Positions 1-11,400 of a DNA stretch of 64,000 bases are shown here, one piece after another. The position numbers and the translations under genes were made by a program. The notes below the pieces were generated by a model, which ran no database searches, had not been told where the DNA came from, and worked only from the letters and a program-made list of their open reading frames with translations. Every line of letters begins with the position of its first letter. Positions within the stretch are counted from its first letter, which is position 1. This DNA comes from Antedon mediterranea (lineage: Eukaryota > Animalia > Echinodermata), in the NCBI RefSeq assembly GCF_964355755.1, contig NC_092673.1, forward strand, positions 31,741,648 to 31,805,647, given 5' to 3'.

Positions 1-1143
1 AATAAAACCCTCGTCTGCAGCGCACACACATCCACACAGCCTGGCGCCGCCGATAGGAATTCTACATATAATACAACAGACACGATATGAAAAAAAATCC
101 CAAGTCCTTATACAATGACGTCACACACGTACCAGCACCCCATTGGCTGAATATGACGTAATGCAATGTTACCGTACCTTTAGTAAACAGAAGTTAGAAT
201 ACGGTACCGTATCTTTAGCCACGGCGGTATTAATTAATATTGCATTCAATTCAATGCTACAGTTACAGTATGTGCGATGTCCTTCTTGTGCGTCCGTCGC
301 CTTGCAAATAACGCAATGTGTTTGTTCGTAAAACCATATCACATATTAACTCCATTGGCGAAAACGCGTAAGCTTGTTCATAGATAAAGTCATGTTTTTT
401 GATAACATAACGATTAAAATCGAAATCTTTTTTTGGAATCTGTAAATTCAAGGTGTTATCACGATTTTGGTCGGATTTTGAGGACACTACCATTTTGTAG
501 GGTCTTCACTTTCGAGGTCTTCGCTTTCGACACACCCTACCTACTATGACATGCATGCCTATATAACATGACACTTGATATCATTTTAAATCATACAAGC
601 CTACCGCCGACCGGGCCATACCAGGCGTAGATTAGTAGTATGAACGCTATGTATTCAGGCCTAGGCTAGGCCTACTTAGGATGGGCTTACTTCTCAACCA
701 ACCTCCTGCTTAACTCTACCACTACTGTCACTCTAGTAGTACTAGTAGGTTAGGCAGGCCTGCCTGGTGTCGCGGCCTGGTCACTACTACGAGTAGGCCT
801 AGCTAGCTAGGACGGCCTAGCTTCGCCTTATTGTATTTGTAGGCCTCATTATAGAGTACCTAGATATACATCGACACTAACTTTCATACAGTAAAACAAC
901 TCACTTCTTTTTATTGTATGGATCAAATTGAAAATAAAAAAAAAGTTAAATTTAAAATACTGTTAATGACGCTCTGAATATACCTCCAATACCATATTTT
1001 TATAGTAATTTCTGAGAATGATTCAAAATTAAAGATAAATATCGCATTTCCTTATTTTAGTAGTGCAAATATTGTTATAAGTTAGCATACCGTCGAAGAA
1101 CCGAAGAAGGAAAACGAAGCGGTGGTGTTCCACCAGGCGGGCG

Positions 1144-4100
1144 GCCGGCTGCGATTTTTTTTTTCGTACATAAGTTGGGGACCCTCTCATGAAACGTCAC
1201 AAAATAAACATGAATAATTCATGATTAAATTTTCTTGTTCCGTGTGCACCCAAGCGTATAGCAACAAGAAGTGGTTACACAAGTGCGGTACGATTCTAGG
1301 CCTATCTCCGCTGTTGTTGCGGCGTGCGATTTCATAGAAGAATAGCGGCGTTTTGTGTGGATTGTCGAAATAATCAGCCTTTAGTTTATGGTGTTTTTAA
1401 TATAATTTATTACTAAAGAATTACGTGTTAAAATTATAATTTCTATTAACATTATTAGGCCTAATTATTAGTCTCTAAACCCATGTCTATTCTAGGCCTA
1501 GTAGTAGCTGTGTGGGTGTGTGTTACGTGTGTGTGTTAGGTATGACACAATCCGAGTAATAAGTCAGCAAAATTAAACAATAAACATTACACAAAAATAC
1601 ATTTTTTATTCTCGTGGGTCTAATCTTCCCATCTCATGTGTTCATATACGCGCATTTTTAAAGTTCCTGTAACTGCCCTAAAAATAATGCGAGTGATAGT
1701 CGTTATTCAAGTCCAACACCCAAGGTGCTCCTTTATTCCTGTTTCTTGAATGTGAACCAGATTACTAAAACAAAACATAACAATGACCTATAAATGCATG
1801 TCTAGCAATATATGTGGCTCCTTAAGCGTCAAACTGAAAAGTTTTGTATTTAAGTTAAAACAAACAATATAAAAGACGATCCCTTAAACTAATTAAAAAT
1901 GCAAAACCGTGTCGTCATAGCAACCGCTAACAAAATCCTTGCGGTTAACTCCTCCTTCCTCTACAACGACGCGACACCTACATGCCATTGACATTGTATA
2001 CGTAAATCAATTAAAATGATCACATGAACTATAAAGTTTTGCGAAGATTATTATAACTATAGTATCCAGGTGCTTAAAGGGGGGTTCCGGGTTTAAAATG
2101 AATAGTAAAAAATGTAAAATATATTTGTTTGTCTCTTGAACGGTAAAAGTTTCAATTTATATAAGCGCCCAGTGAAGCAGAACGAAGGCTGTGAAATCAG
2201 GCCAGATTACAAGTGCAGCTACGGCAAAATCACACTGTGGTTACAAATTCGTGAAATGGTCCATCTTCCGACGACTCGTTATCAAAAACCATATCAATTA
2301 CTTTTGTAAAATTATACTTATCTGATGTAATTTTAGTCGGTCTTCCCATTTATAAAGTCAATTTTTTATGAAAATTCATCAAAACAGTGAAAAATTAGAT
2401 ATGTTTGCACTTTACGTTTGCCGATTTTCGCACCGACTTAGGAAAAAATCAAAATCAATGAAGCGTAACGTATACTGTACATTCCTGCTGAGGCTCGAGC
2501 GAGACGAAAATACACGTGCTCTCTCTGCTGCCCATGCCTGGCATCGTCACGTGATAAGCAGATACAACAATACCAAACTGGTCGGGTCGAGTATACCCCG
2601 TCTATATAATCACAACATGAACGATGTACAGTATTTGATTGAAGGTCGACTTGACCTACCGGTATAGATAATATAGCTCGAATTAGAGAGTTGGAATATT
2701 TGTGTAGTGCAGCCTATAGTAAAAGGCCTGGTAGTATCAATTCGCATAGGGTCTACTACACTAGCTAGCTCAATTTTTAACTGGGCCGGATCAGCTAGGT
2801 CTCCTTCCTACTACCTGGTCTACTTGCTTGATGCATGAGTATCCGCTTTTTTGGAGAGTAAACTAAGCCTATTTTATTTTAGGCCTACTTAGACGATCGG
2901 GACACCATACGTGTGGACGGCGATCGGACCTTGTTTTGCTTCAATATTTACAGCCGATTTTGTAGAACGTTTTAGGTTTAGATTGTTTAGGAGTTTGGTT
3001 GATAGGATGGGTTTTGTTATTTATGGGCCAATCGTCTAGTAGTAGGCTAGCTAGGCCCATGGGCCCCATTGTTTTAACGTAGCCATCGTGGCATGGAATC
3101 CCTAGTCAGAATGGCTCTCGCCCATATTATTATTAGGCTAGGCCTAGAGTAGTATTGTACGTGAAGCCGATAATACGATCTGTACTATAGATAATAGAGG
3201 TATAAAAATAGTATAATTTATGACTCCGTATCTGTACTAAATTTTGTATTTCATTAAATGTCAAATAAATATATGCTACTACTGTTATTATTACACTTTA
3301 GGCCTAGCTTAGAAAATCTACAAAAAATGTATTTCACAATGATTGGGTGGTCGTCGTTTGACAGAGGAGAGAGATGTAAATTAGTTGACAAACACAACGT
3401 ACATGACGTCGCGAGTTTGGAATCCACTGGTGACGTGATTTTGTGAATATCTCATGAATATTAATGAGCTTCCCTAAGCTGCTGAAAAACAGACTTTCCA
3501 TGAATTTACCCTAAAATGTATATGAAATTTAATTTTTTTAATTTCTCGTTATTACTTCTTCATTCTGACATGTCTATATTGTTATAATATTTTTTATTTA
3601 ATAAATAAACGATATTTAAAACCAATTTTAAACCCAGAATCCCCCTTTAATGCAATGCAGTAACTTTAACAATGAATTATTAATACTAATACTTTAGTAA
3701 ATGATTAAATTAAGGTACAACGGGTCAAAGCCATATCTCATCAATATATAGGCCTAGCTAGGCCTAGCTAGGTAACATAACCGAAATTAATGGCGTCTCA
3801 ATAGAACTTGGCCTAATAACATTAAATCTGTATGAGTTATTGATCAATAAATGTAGCGGAATGCAGCTTACCGAAAATAGCAAAGTCACCCGCTATCTGC
3901 AGTACATAAACAATTCAAGTAAATATAAAAAATTAAACAATATACGTCAATATCCTATAATAAAAGTCACTAGCTGTGATCATACATCCTCTCCTCTCTA
4001 ATGCAAGATACCTCTCTCCTCACATGGTCCTAAAATGACGTCATTTTCTTAATAATGCGCCCTCTCTAAATATAAACTAGTTTGGGACCAAACAGTTCCT

Positions 4101-4499
4101 TTGAGTACATGCATATTGTTTGATAATAAAATAGCAGAATTAAAAAATTACAGTACACAAATATTATGCACATTTTTTATTCTTGTGGGTCTAAGCTTTC
4201 TTTGGGCTATGTCCAATGAATTTACTACTTAGTCTAATGTCTTGCCTAGCTGTCGATTAGCCTCGACACATTTTGCATAGTGGTGTGTGTGAGAAGAAGA
4301 GTGCGCGAGCGCGAAGGCAATCACGTCACGTGAATTGACCTAGGATCCTAGGCCTACTGTAGAAAGAATCGTATCGCAGTTTAGTTGTGCTCACTTCTTG
4401 TTGCTATACGCTTGGGTGCACACGGAACAACAAATTTAACTGATGAATTATTCATGTTTATTTTGTGACGATATGTACGAAAAAAAAAATCGCGGCCGG
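1144..4499. mobile_element. Non-autonomous TIR element (copy A) carrying a ~2.4-kb insertion (1655..4092); duplicate at 34662..38017
   Basis: TIR GCCGGC(T/C)GCGATTTTTTTTTTCGTACATA at 1144 and inverted at ~4400-4499. Removing 1655..4092 gives the reverse complement of 4501..5387. No TSD seen. Confidence 0.75.
2078..3646. mobile_element. Kolobok-like non-autonomous element; duplicate at 35596..37164
   Basis: TTAA on both flanks (2074-2077, 3647-3650). Termini AGGGGGGTTCCGGGTTTAAAA and TTTTAAACCCAGAATCCCCCT are imperfect inverted repeats with AG..CT ends. Confidence 0.75.
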
Positions 4500-4500
4500 G

Positions 4501-5387
4501 AGTTTTTTTCGTACATAAGTTGGGGACCCCCTCATGAAACGTCACAAAATAAACATGAATAATTCATCAGTTAAATTTTCTTGTTCCGTGTGCACCCAAG
4601 CGTATAGCAACAAGAAGTGATCGATACTTTTACAGTAGGCCTAGGATTCTAAGTCAATTCACGTGATTGCCTTCGCGCACTCTTCTTCACACACACACAC
4701 ACCACTATGCAAAATGTGTCGAGTCGATGCTAATCGACAGCTAGGCAAGACATTACACTAAGTAGTAATTCATTGGACATAGCCCAAAGAAAGCTTAGAC
4801 CCACAAGAATAAAGAATGTGTATAATTTGTGTACTACTGTATTTTTTTAATTCTGCTATTTTATTATCAAACAATATGCATGTAATCAAAAGAACTGCGC
4901 GTATATGAACACATGAGATGGGAAGGTTAGACCCACGAGAACAAAAAATGTATTTTTGTGTAATGTTTATTGTTTAATTTTGCTGACTCTAACACACACG
5001 TCACACACACCAACACAGCTACTACTAGAATAGACATGGGTTTAGAGAATAGTAATTAGGCCTAATAGTATCAATAGAAACTATAATTTTAACACGTAAT
5101 TCTTTAGTAATAAATTATATTAAACACACCATAAACTAAAGGCTGATTATTTCGACAATCCACACTAAACGCCGCTATTCTATTATGAAATCGCACGCGG
5201 CAACCACAGCGGAGATAGGCCTAGAATCGTACCGCACTTGTGTAAACTACTGTAATCACTTCTTGTTGCTATACGCTTGGGTGCACACGGAACAAGAAAA
5301 TTTAACTGATTAATTATTCATGTTTATTTTGTGACGTTTCATGAGGGGGTCCCCAACTTATGTACGAAAAAAAAAATCGCGGCCGGC
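4501..5387. mobile_element. Non-autonomous TIR element (copy B), inverted relative to copy A; duplicate at 38019..38905
   Basis: TIRs of ~120 bp (4501-4620, 5256-5387). The interior is the reverse complement of 1280-1654 and 4093-4390. Confidence 0.8.
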
Positions 5388-5400
5388 TATACTACTCTAG

Positions 5401-6250
5401 CCGGTTTCGATCCAAGTCGGCCCTAAACCGTCTCGGCCAAAGTCAAGTCGGCCCCAAGTCAAGTCGGCCTCAAGTCAACTCGGCCTCAAGTCAACTCGGC
5501 CTCAAGTCAACTCGGCCTCAAGTCAACTCGGCCAAAAAATAATCGGTCAAATCGGCCCCGTTAAAGTATGGAACGCAAAAAGTGCAAATGAAGGGGATTG
5601 ATAAAATAATATTTCTTCTTTTTTAACTATGAATAATTCTGACTTTTAATGAATATTATTATTTAGACAATAATATATTTAGCAAAAAAAATAGGAATGA
5701 TTTCACCAACTTTCCTTTAATTATTTACGTTTAATACAATTTCGTAGCTGAGCCTCCCTGCGCGTTTCCCAGCTTTTTCGATATCTACAACTGTTATGTG
5801 TTTTTGCTGACCGGGCGATTCCCCTTTTTTAAAAACGCAAATCATGCACAAAAACGATGTACGATCATTTTTTCTATGGCCAAATGGTGGAACGTAGGCC
5901 TCCGTCTTCGATTTCCTAAAATACGGTACCTGCACGTGTTTTTTTGTAACACGCGGGTACTTCTATTCATATCGGCAATGAGTTCATTTTTTTATAATTA
6001 TGATATTATATTTTTTATTTCTTCATTTTTTTTAAAACGTGGATAGTAAGAATCGTAATAATATTAAGCACTTTTTGCGTTACATACTTTATTGTGGCCG
6101 AGTTGACCGATTAGTTTTTGGCCGAGTTGACGTGAGGCCGAGTTGACTTGAGGCCGAGTTGACTTGAGGCCGAGTTGACTTGGGGCCGACTTGACGTGGG
6201 GCCGACTTGACTTTGGCCGAGACGGTTTGGGGCCGACTTGACCTGCACCC
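5401..6250. mobile_element. Foldback-like MITE with tandem subterminal repeats; duplicate at 38919..39768
   Basis: CAAGTCAACTCGGCCT-type tandem units at 5410-5560, inverted at 6090-6245. CTCTAG direct repeat on both flanks (5395-5400, 6251-6256). Confidence 0.8.
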
Positions 6251-6504
6251 CTCTAGGTCTGGACTACTAGCTAGGGTCTGGACTACTGATACTGAATAGG
6301 TTACATGGCCTAGCTTAAACTAATATTAAAAACTTAATTTTTACATTTATTTTGAATTATTTCAAGTTACAGTGATAATATTATTTAATTGTAATAATAA
6401 ATGTTATGTATTTATTATACACATGTTATCTTCGCATTTATTATGTTTTATTTTGAGTTATTTAGTTTCCAATAAATTATTATAATACCGATTGTCTGGT
6501 AGAA

Positions 6505-6722
6505 TTTTGTTGCGCAATTTGAAAATTTACAGTTCGTTTTCAAATTGCGCAAAGGTGTCATATTGCGCAAGAACTATCTTGCGCAATTTACAAATTGTGC
6601 AGCGCAATTTAAAATTGCGCAAAGATTTTCTTGCGCCATTTTAAATTGCGCAAGAATTGTTTGCGCAATTTCAAATTGCGCAAGGATTTTTTTGCGCAAA
6701 TCGTTCAAATCGCGCATAACAT
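6505..6722. repeat. Array of TTGCGCAA palindromic motifs, probably a MITE arm; duplicate at 40023..40240
   Basis: More than ten AATTGCGCAA/TTGCGCAATT motifs, ending in CGCGCATAACA. Confidence 0.6.
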
Positions 6723-6744
6723 AACCACGTTGTTCTTCACTAAT

Positions 6745-7085
6745 AGCGAGCTTTCGTTTTAGTACGGAAGTAGTTCAGTACGGTAATTTGAACCGAAATG
6801 TGATCTACGCATGCTCAGAAATTTAAGACTCGCCGTAGCGCTAAATTTCAGAACGGTAGTGAGAAGAAATAGCGTCCTGTCTGAAACGAACATTCAGCTG
6901 TGTATTTTAATACAAAGGACACGATGGAAGCAGTATCGTCAAAGGCAAAGCAGTTTAATCAGTCGTTATTATAGCTTTATGTAATCAAACATAGACTAGG
7001 CTATAGCATATTAAATGAATGTTCATTAATGTAGTGCTCTAGATCAGTGATGCCAAATATAAAATAAAAGGCGAAAGGCGAAAAT
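6745..7085 (+). mobile_element. Truncated left end of the PIF/Harbinger element (orphan TIR)
   Basis: AGCGAGCTTTCGTTTTAGTACGG is identical to the TIR at 40263. The rest of the element is missing after 7627. Confidence 0.85.
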
Positions 7086-7627
7086 CGTTATGTCTAAAGA
7101 TACGGTACCGTATCCATACTTTTAAAAACTAAAGGTACGGTAATTATAGAGGGCGCTATGTAATGTGGATGTTAATCAAATACTGGTTATTGCATTGGTT
7201 TTCTGCAAGCCAGCTGTGTAGCCTAGTGGGCATGTGACGAGGCTTTGGCTTAAGGGGTTGGGGGTTCGATACTCTTCTTGACGTCTTTTTTTAATTTTTT
7301 TTTTATAGTTTTTAATTTAAGAGAGATTATTTAGAGGGTTAGGTTTTTAATATTTAGGAAGGAGTTTAATATTTAGGAACGAGTTTAATATTTAGGAACG
7401 AGTTTAATATTTAGGAACGAGTTTAATATTTAGGAACGAGTTTAATATTTAGGAACGAGTTTTATATTTAGGAACGAGTTTTATATTTAGGAACGAGTTT
7501 TATATTTAGGTACGAGTTTTAGGAATGCAATTTTACCGTACTTTTAGCAAACGGAAGCGCCCTCTATAATTACCGTATCTTTAGTTTTTAAAAGCATGGA
7601 TACGGTACCGTATCTTTAGCAACGGCG
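7086..7627. mobile_element. Mutator-type MITE with tRNA-like segment and 19-bp tandem array; duplicate at 40604..41145
   Basis: TIRs of ~70 bp (CTAAAGATACGGTACCGTATCCAT...AGAGGGCGCT). The right end ...CTTTAGCAACGGCG matches the terminus of the 9-bp-TSD MITE at 29173/33744. The left end is degraded (CGTTATGT). ATATTTAGGAACGAGTTTA repeats about 8 times at 7350-7520. Confidence 0.85.
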
Positions 7628-8467
7628 AAAATTATAAAACAAAAACCCCAAAGGCACTACAGTATGTTTGCAAAATGTTATACAGTTAGCACAAGCAACC
7701 AGAAAATAATATTGAAAAAAAAATTAAATTTGGAATAATAAATACTGTTCATTGAGATAGCATTAGAAACACTGTAAAAAACTGTTTACTATTATGATGG
7801 GCAATATTCAGTATACAAATACAGGTACTGTACGCAGAAAATATATCTACAAAAACTGTAACACTAACACATCACTTTCATATTTTCACTTCACTTTCAC
7901 AAAATCAAAAATGATTATTAATATATTGAGTTGTTATAACAAGATAAAAAAGTACTTTTCTCGAGTGCTGTATAGTACTTACCTACTAGACTAGTCTTAT
8001 ACAAATCTACCGGAAAATAAACTGTGTTCAGTAATTGTGAAGAAGGTGGGTCTGGTGTCAAATGATGAAGATGCTGGTAGAGAGAGCTGGTGGTGGGTGC
8101 AGAACCGTGCAGTGAGTGGTGGTAGGTTTGGCCTAAGTTTAAGGACAAATCACACGGTAGTTTTCGTAGTATCTAATAGTAATACTATATAATTTAATAA
8201 AATCTTAACAATATTATTATCACTAATAATGAATTACCAGAAAAACTAGTAAATTAAACAACGAAACAAGTGAAAAACTTTCGTTTTTAAGGAAGTATAA
8301 TCTTACCTTTATCAAAAACTGGTCTCCAACTGTGTTTTTATTTGTTGTTGAACTTTAGCCACATAGCACATGTCGCCCTCATCGTAATTATTTTTTTATA
8401 GAGGGCGCTGATCAATATTATTGTTTCTAAAAAAAGTTTATTAAAAACGATGTGTTTAATACATTAA

Positions 8468-11400
8468 ATGGAGAACAAAAACTACCATAATACTCGTTTA
8501 CCTAATTTCAATTATAAGGTATATAATGTTAGGATCACTTTTAGAGCAAAATTATGTTAGGGTCTCATTCATGTACAACTTTAGCCTAGAGACTCTAGCC
8601 TAGCTAGGCCTAACTAAACTTCTAATCCTATCTACTAAGTCTATACTCATACTGTACTGTATGCAGCAAGTGCCAAGGCAGCACCTACTAGGATATGGAT
8701 AACTCCTCCATCTACACTTCATAAAGCCTAGTAATAGTAGCATAGCTTAAGCATAGTGTTAACTACCCAGTATCGACAGGGGAAGAGAGAAGTGTGTGGA
8801 GTAAAAAATTATTTGTTGACCATTCTATTTTTTCAGAGAAGAGAACAAAGCAATCCGACTGATCAACATTCATTTCACCAATCTGAAAAACCACCTTATC
8901 CAAGTTTCCGACAAAATGTTCCAGAAATCAGCGATTATTGGGACAAAAAAAGGAGGGAGTTTCCGCCAAGAGGTCACCAATCTTGGCTAGAGCATGACCA
9001 ACCAAATCCACCCAGAAGAGAGGAAGAGTATCCTGGTCACAGGTTCGACAATGAACCTTGGACAAGTGGCAGCCGACATGAAAAGCGATTCTCAAATCGA
9101 TATGATCACAGTGATAGTTATACATCAAGTTATCAAGAAGATCAGTGGAATCCCAGAATGACAGACTTTTCAAAAGAAGCAAGAGAAGGACACCGACTTG
9201 AAAGAGAATCTTCCTCTGAAGGAATTCAAAGAGATGATTATAACCAACAAAGAACAAGATACAAACATCAGTCATATAGTGACAGAAGACCAGATGGATA
9301 TTCCTCTTCAAAGTCTTCATCTGGACGCCAGACTTCTCATAAACGTCGATCAAGAAGCAGGTCACCACGGCACAGGTCATACCAATCTGGAAAACACCAG
9401 AGATTAAATCCCAGCTCTGTTTCATCACCAGTGTCAAACAGATCGCCATCACGGAAGGAATATCGTGGCAAGAGAGAGGATCATAGATATAGGAGAGAGA
9501 AGGAATCTTCATTGGCAAGTGAGCGGAGAGAAGATTCACCATTGAAAATGGATGGTGTGGAGGATGATGTTTCCATGAAAGGGTGTGTAATTATAATTCT
9601 TAAGCTTTAAGATAGTGATATGACATCATCATGTCCATATATGGAAATATCATTTTTTTTTTCACATAACGTTTGATAGTGTAGACAGAGCATTATTATC
9701 TTCAGACACTCCTATAAAAGAAGACCCTATTAAGACTTGTCTACACTATCAAACTTTATGTGATGTGCCCATATATGGACATGATGATGTCATATCACTA
9801 CCATATTTGGGCACATCACATTTTGTTGTCAAACTAGTTTGATAGTGTAGACATAGCTTAATATTCATCATCTTTCATTCCTTTAACATCATTATTTTTT
9901 TTTTTTTAGGTCAATATCGAGAAAAGACAGGTGGGATAACCTAGAGAAAGAAGCTGCATTTTTCACCACATCTCAAAGCAGCAAAGAGAGGGTAAAAGAT
10001 GATGAGCAAGAAGAGAAACAGGTAACCCCTCCCTGGATACAATGTTCACCAAAAGAGAACTTCTACATAAGTGAGCCTAGCAAACAGAAGGTATAAACTG
10101 TACTGCTTTCTCCTATTTATATGTATCATTATTATCATATCATCCTTATCATGTTATCATCATCATCCTCATTATATTCCATCAATATCACATTTAAACA
10201 GAAAAATTAATAGAAACTAAAATTCCTAAAAACTATTGTCTTCATTTAAAAAAAGAATCAATCAACGATGGCTGCAACAACTAAACTGGAAGAACTTCTT
10301 GAGAAATTTCAAACACAAATAGTTGAAAGGGGCAAGAGGGTACGGGCAAATCAACCACCAGTTGAACTTCCAGCACCAAAACGACATTGGCATGTTCATA
10401 AAGGTATTTCTGATTACTGTTTTATCCTATCATATATTATAAAAAATTAAAGATTCTGAGAAAATTAATCAATTACAATATCTTTTAAAAATCAATTATC
10501 TTTATTTAAATCGATGCAAATCTAGTTAAATAATTTTTTTTTACAGACTGTTCTGACTCATCATGCTCATCTTCCTCATCTAACTCAAGCACATCAGAAA
10601 GTGATTCTGAAGACTTTGATCCTCTGGAATCTTTTAAGATCAAAGAACAGCATCCACATCGTCTTCACAAGAACCTCTGGTACAATGATGCTGGAGAGGT
10701 TGGTCATGTTTACTATCAAAGCTTCAGTGTCAGCAAGGGAATTCAAAATAAATGTTGTTTTTAAAAGTTTAAAAAAAAAATTGATTCTTTATTTTTAGCT
10801 TAATGAAGGCCCATTGTGCAGTTGTACACCAACAGCAAGGAAGATAGGGATTCAACACAATATATTTCCAGGAGAAACAGCTATTCCTTTGTGTGACCCA
10901 CTTACTAACAATGCTGGCAAACTTCATCACTATCGGATTACAATGTCTCCAGCTAAAAATTTCTTGGTGAGACTCAACAAACTTAAAATTGAAACTATCA
11001 TTAGTTTAAACTTTTTCAGTTGCTGTTCCTAATATAATTTTAAAATTTAATTATTTAATGGCCATTTTTAAAAATATATAAAAATGTTTTTTTGTTGTAG
11101 TTTTAGTTAATATAACCTATATGGATAACTAATTGGAATAAGCTCATGCAATCTTATTTCAAAAGAAGTATTATACTAATGATATTTTAATATAAAATGA
11201 CGACATTAAAACATATTTTTTTGTAGAACATAACATTGGGAATGTTGATTGAGAGCATAGAGATGTGAACTAAACTATCTCTATGTTGAGAGCAAACATT
11301 TACTTTTTTTAGGCCTTATATCAGAATTTTTAATTTATAGACGCATCAGCCAACGGTGATAGAGTACGATGACAGGGAGTACATCTTTGAAGGTTTTTCA

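Larger units (their letters stand above)
1..7627. repeat. Segmental duplication, left (derived) copy; continues upstream of the window
   Basis: Matches 33519..41145 at a constant offset of 33,518, and the ORF-track entries are identical (143/33661, 2368/35886, 5798/39316). The copies diverge right after AACGGCG (7627 vs 41145). Confidence 0.97.

Noticed and set aside
5360-5542. ORF with RPQVNSA repeats (also 38878..39060)
   Set aside because: It is the translation of MITE subterminal repeats.
7210-7282. Functional tRNA gene
   Set aside because: Only degenerate A/B boxes are present, with no convincing cloverleaf, and it lies inside a MITE.
7077-7632. GGCGAAAAT on both sides of the MITE as a TSD, which would make the left copy ancestral
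   Set aside because: GGCG is part of the family terminus (shown at 29173/33744), and the host Harbinger is complete only in the right copy. It is probably coincidental but not fully excluded.
8928-9542. 204-aa antisense ORF
   Set aside because: It is the shadow of Drosha exon 2, with no recognisable motif.
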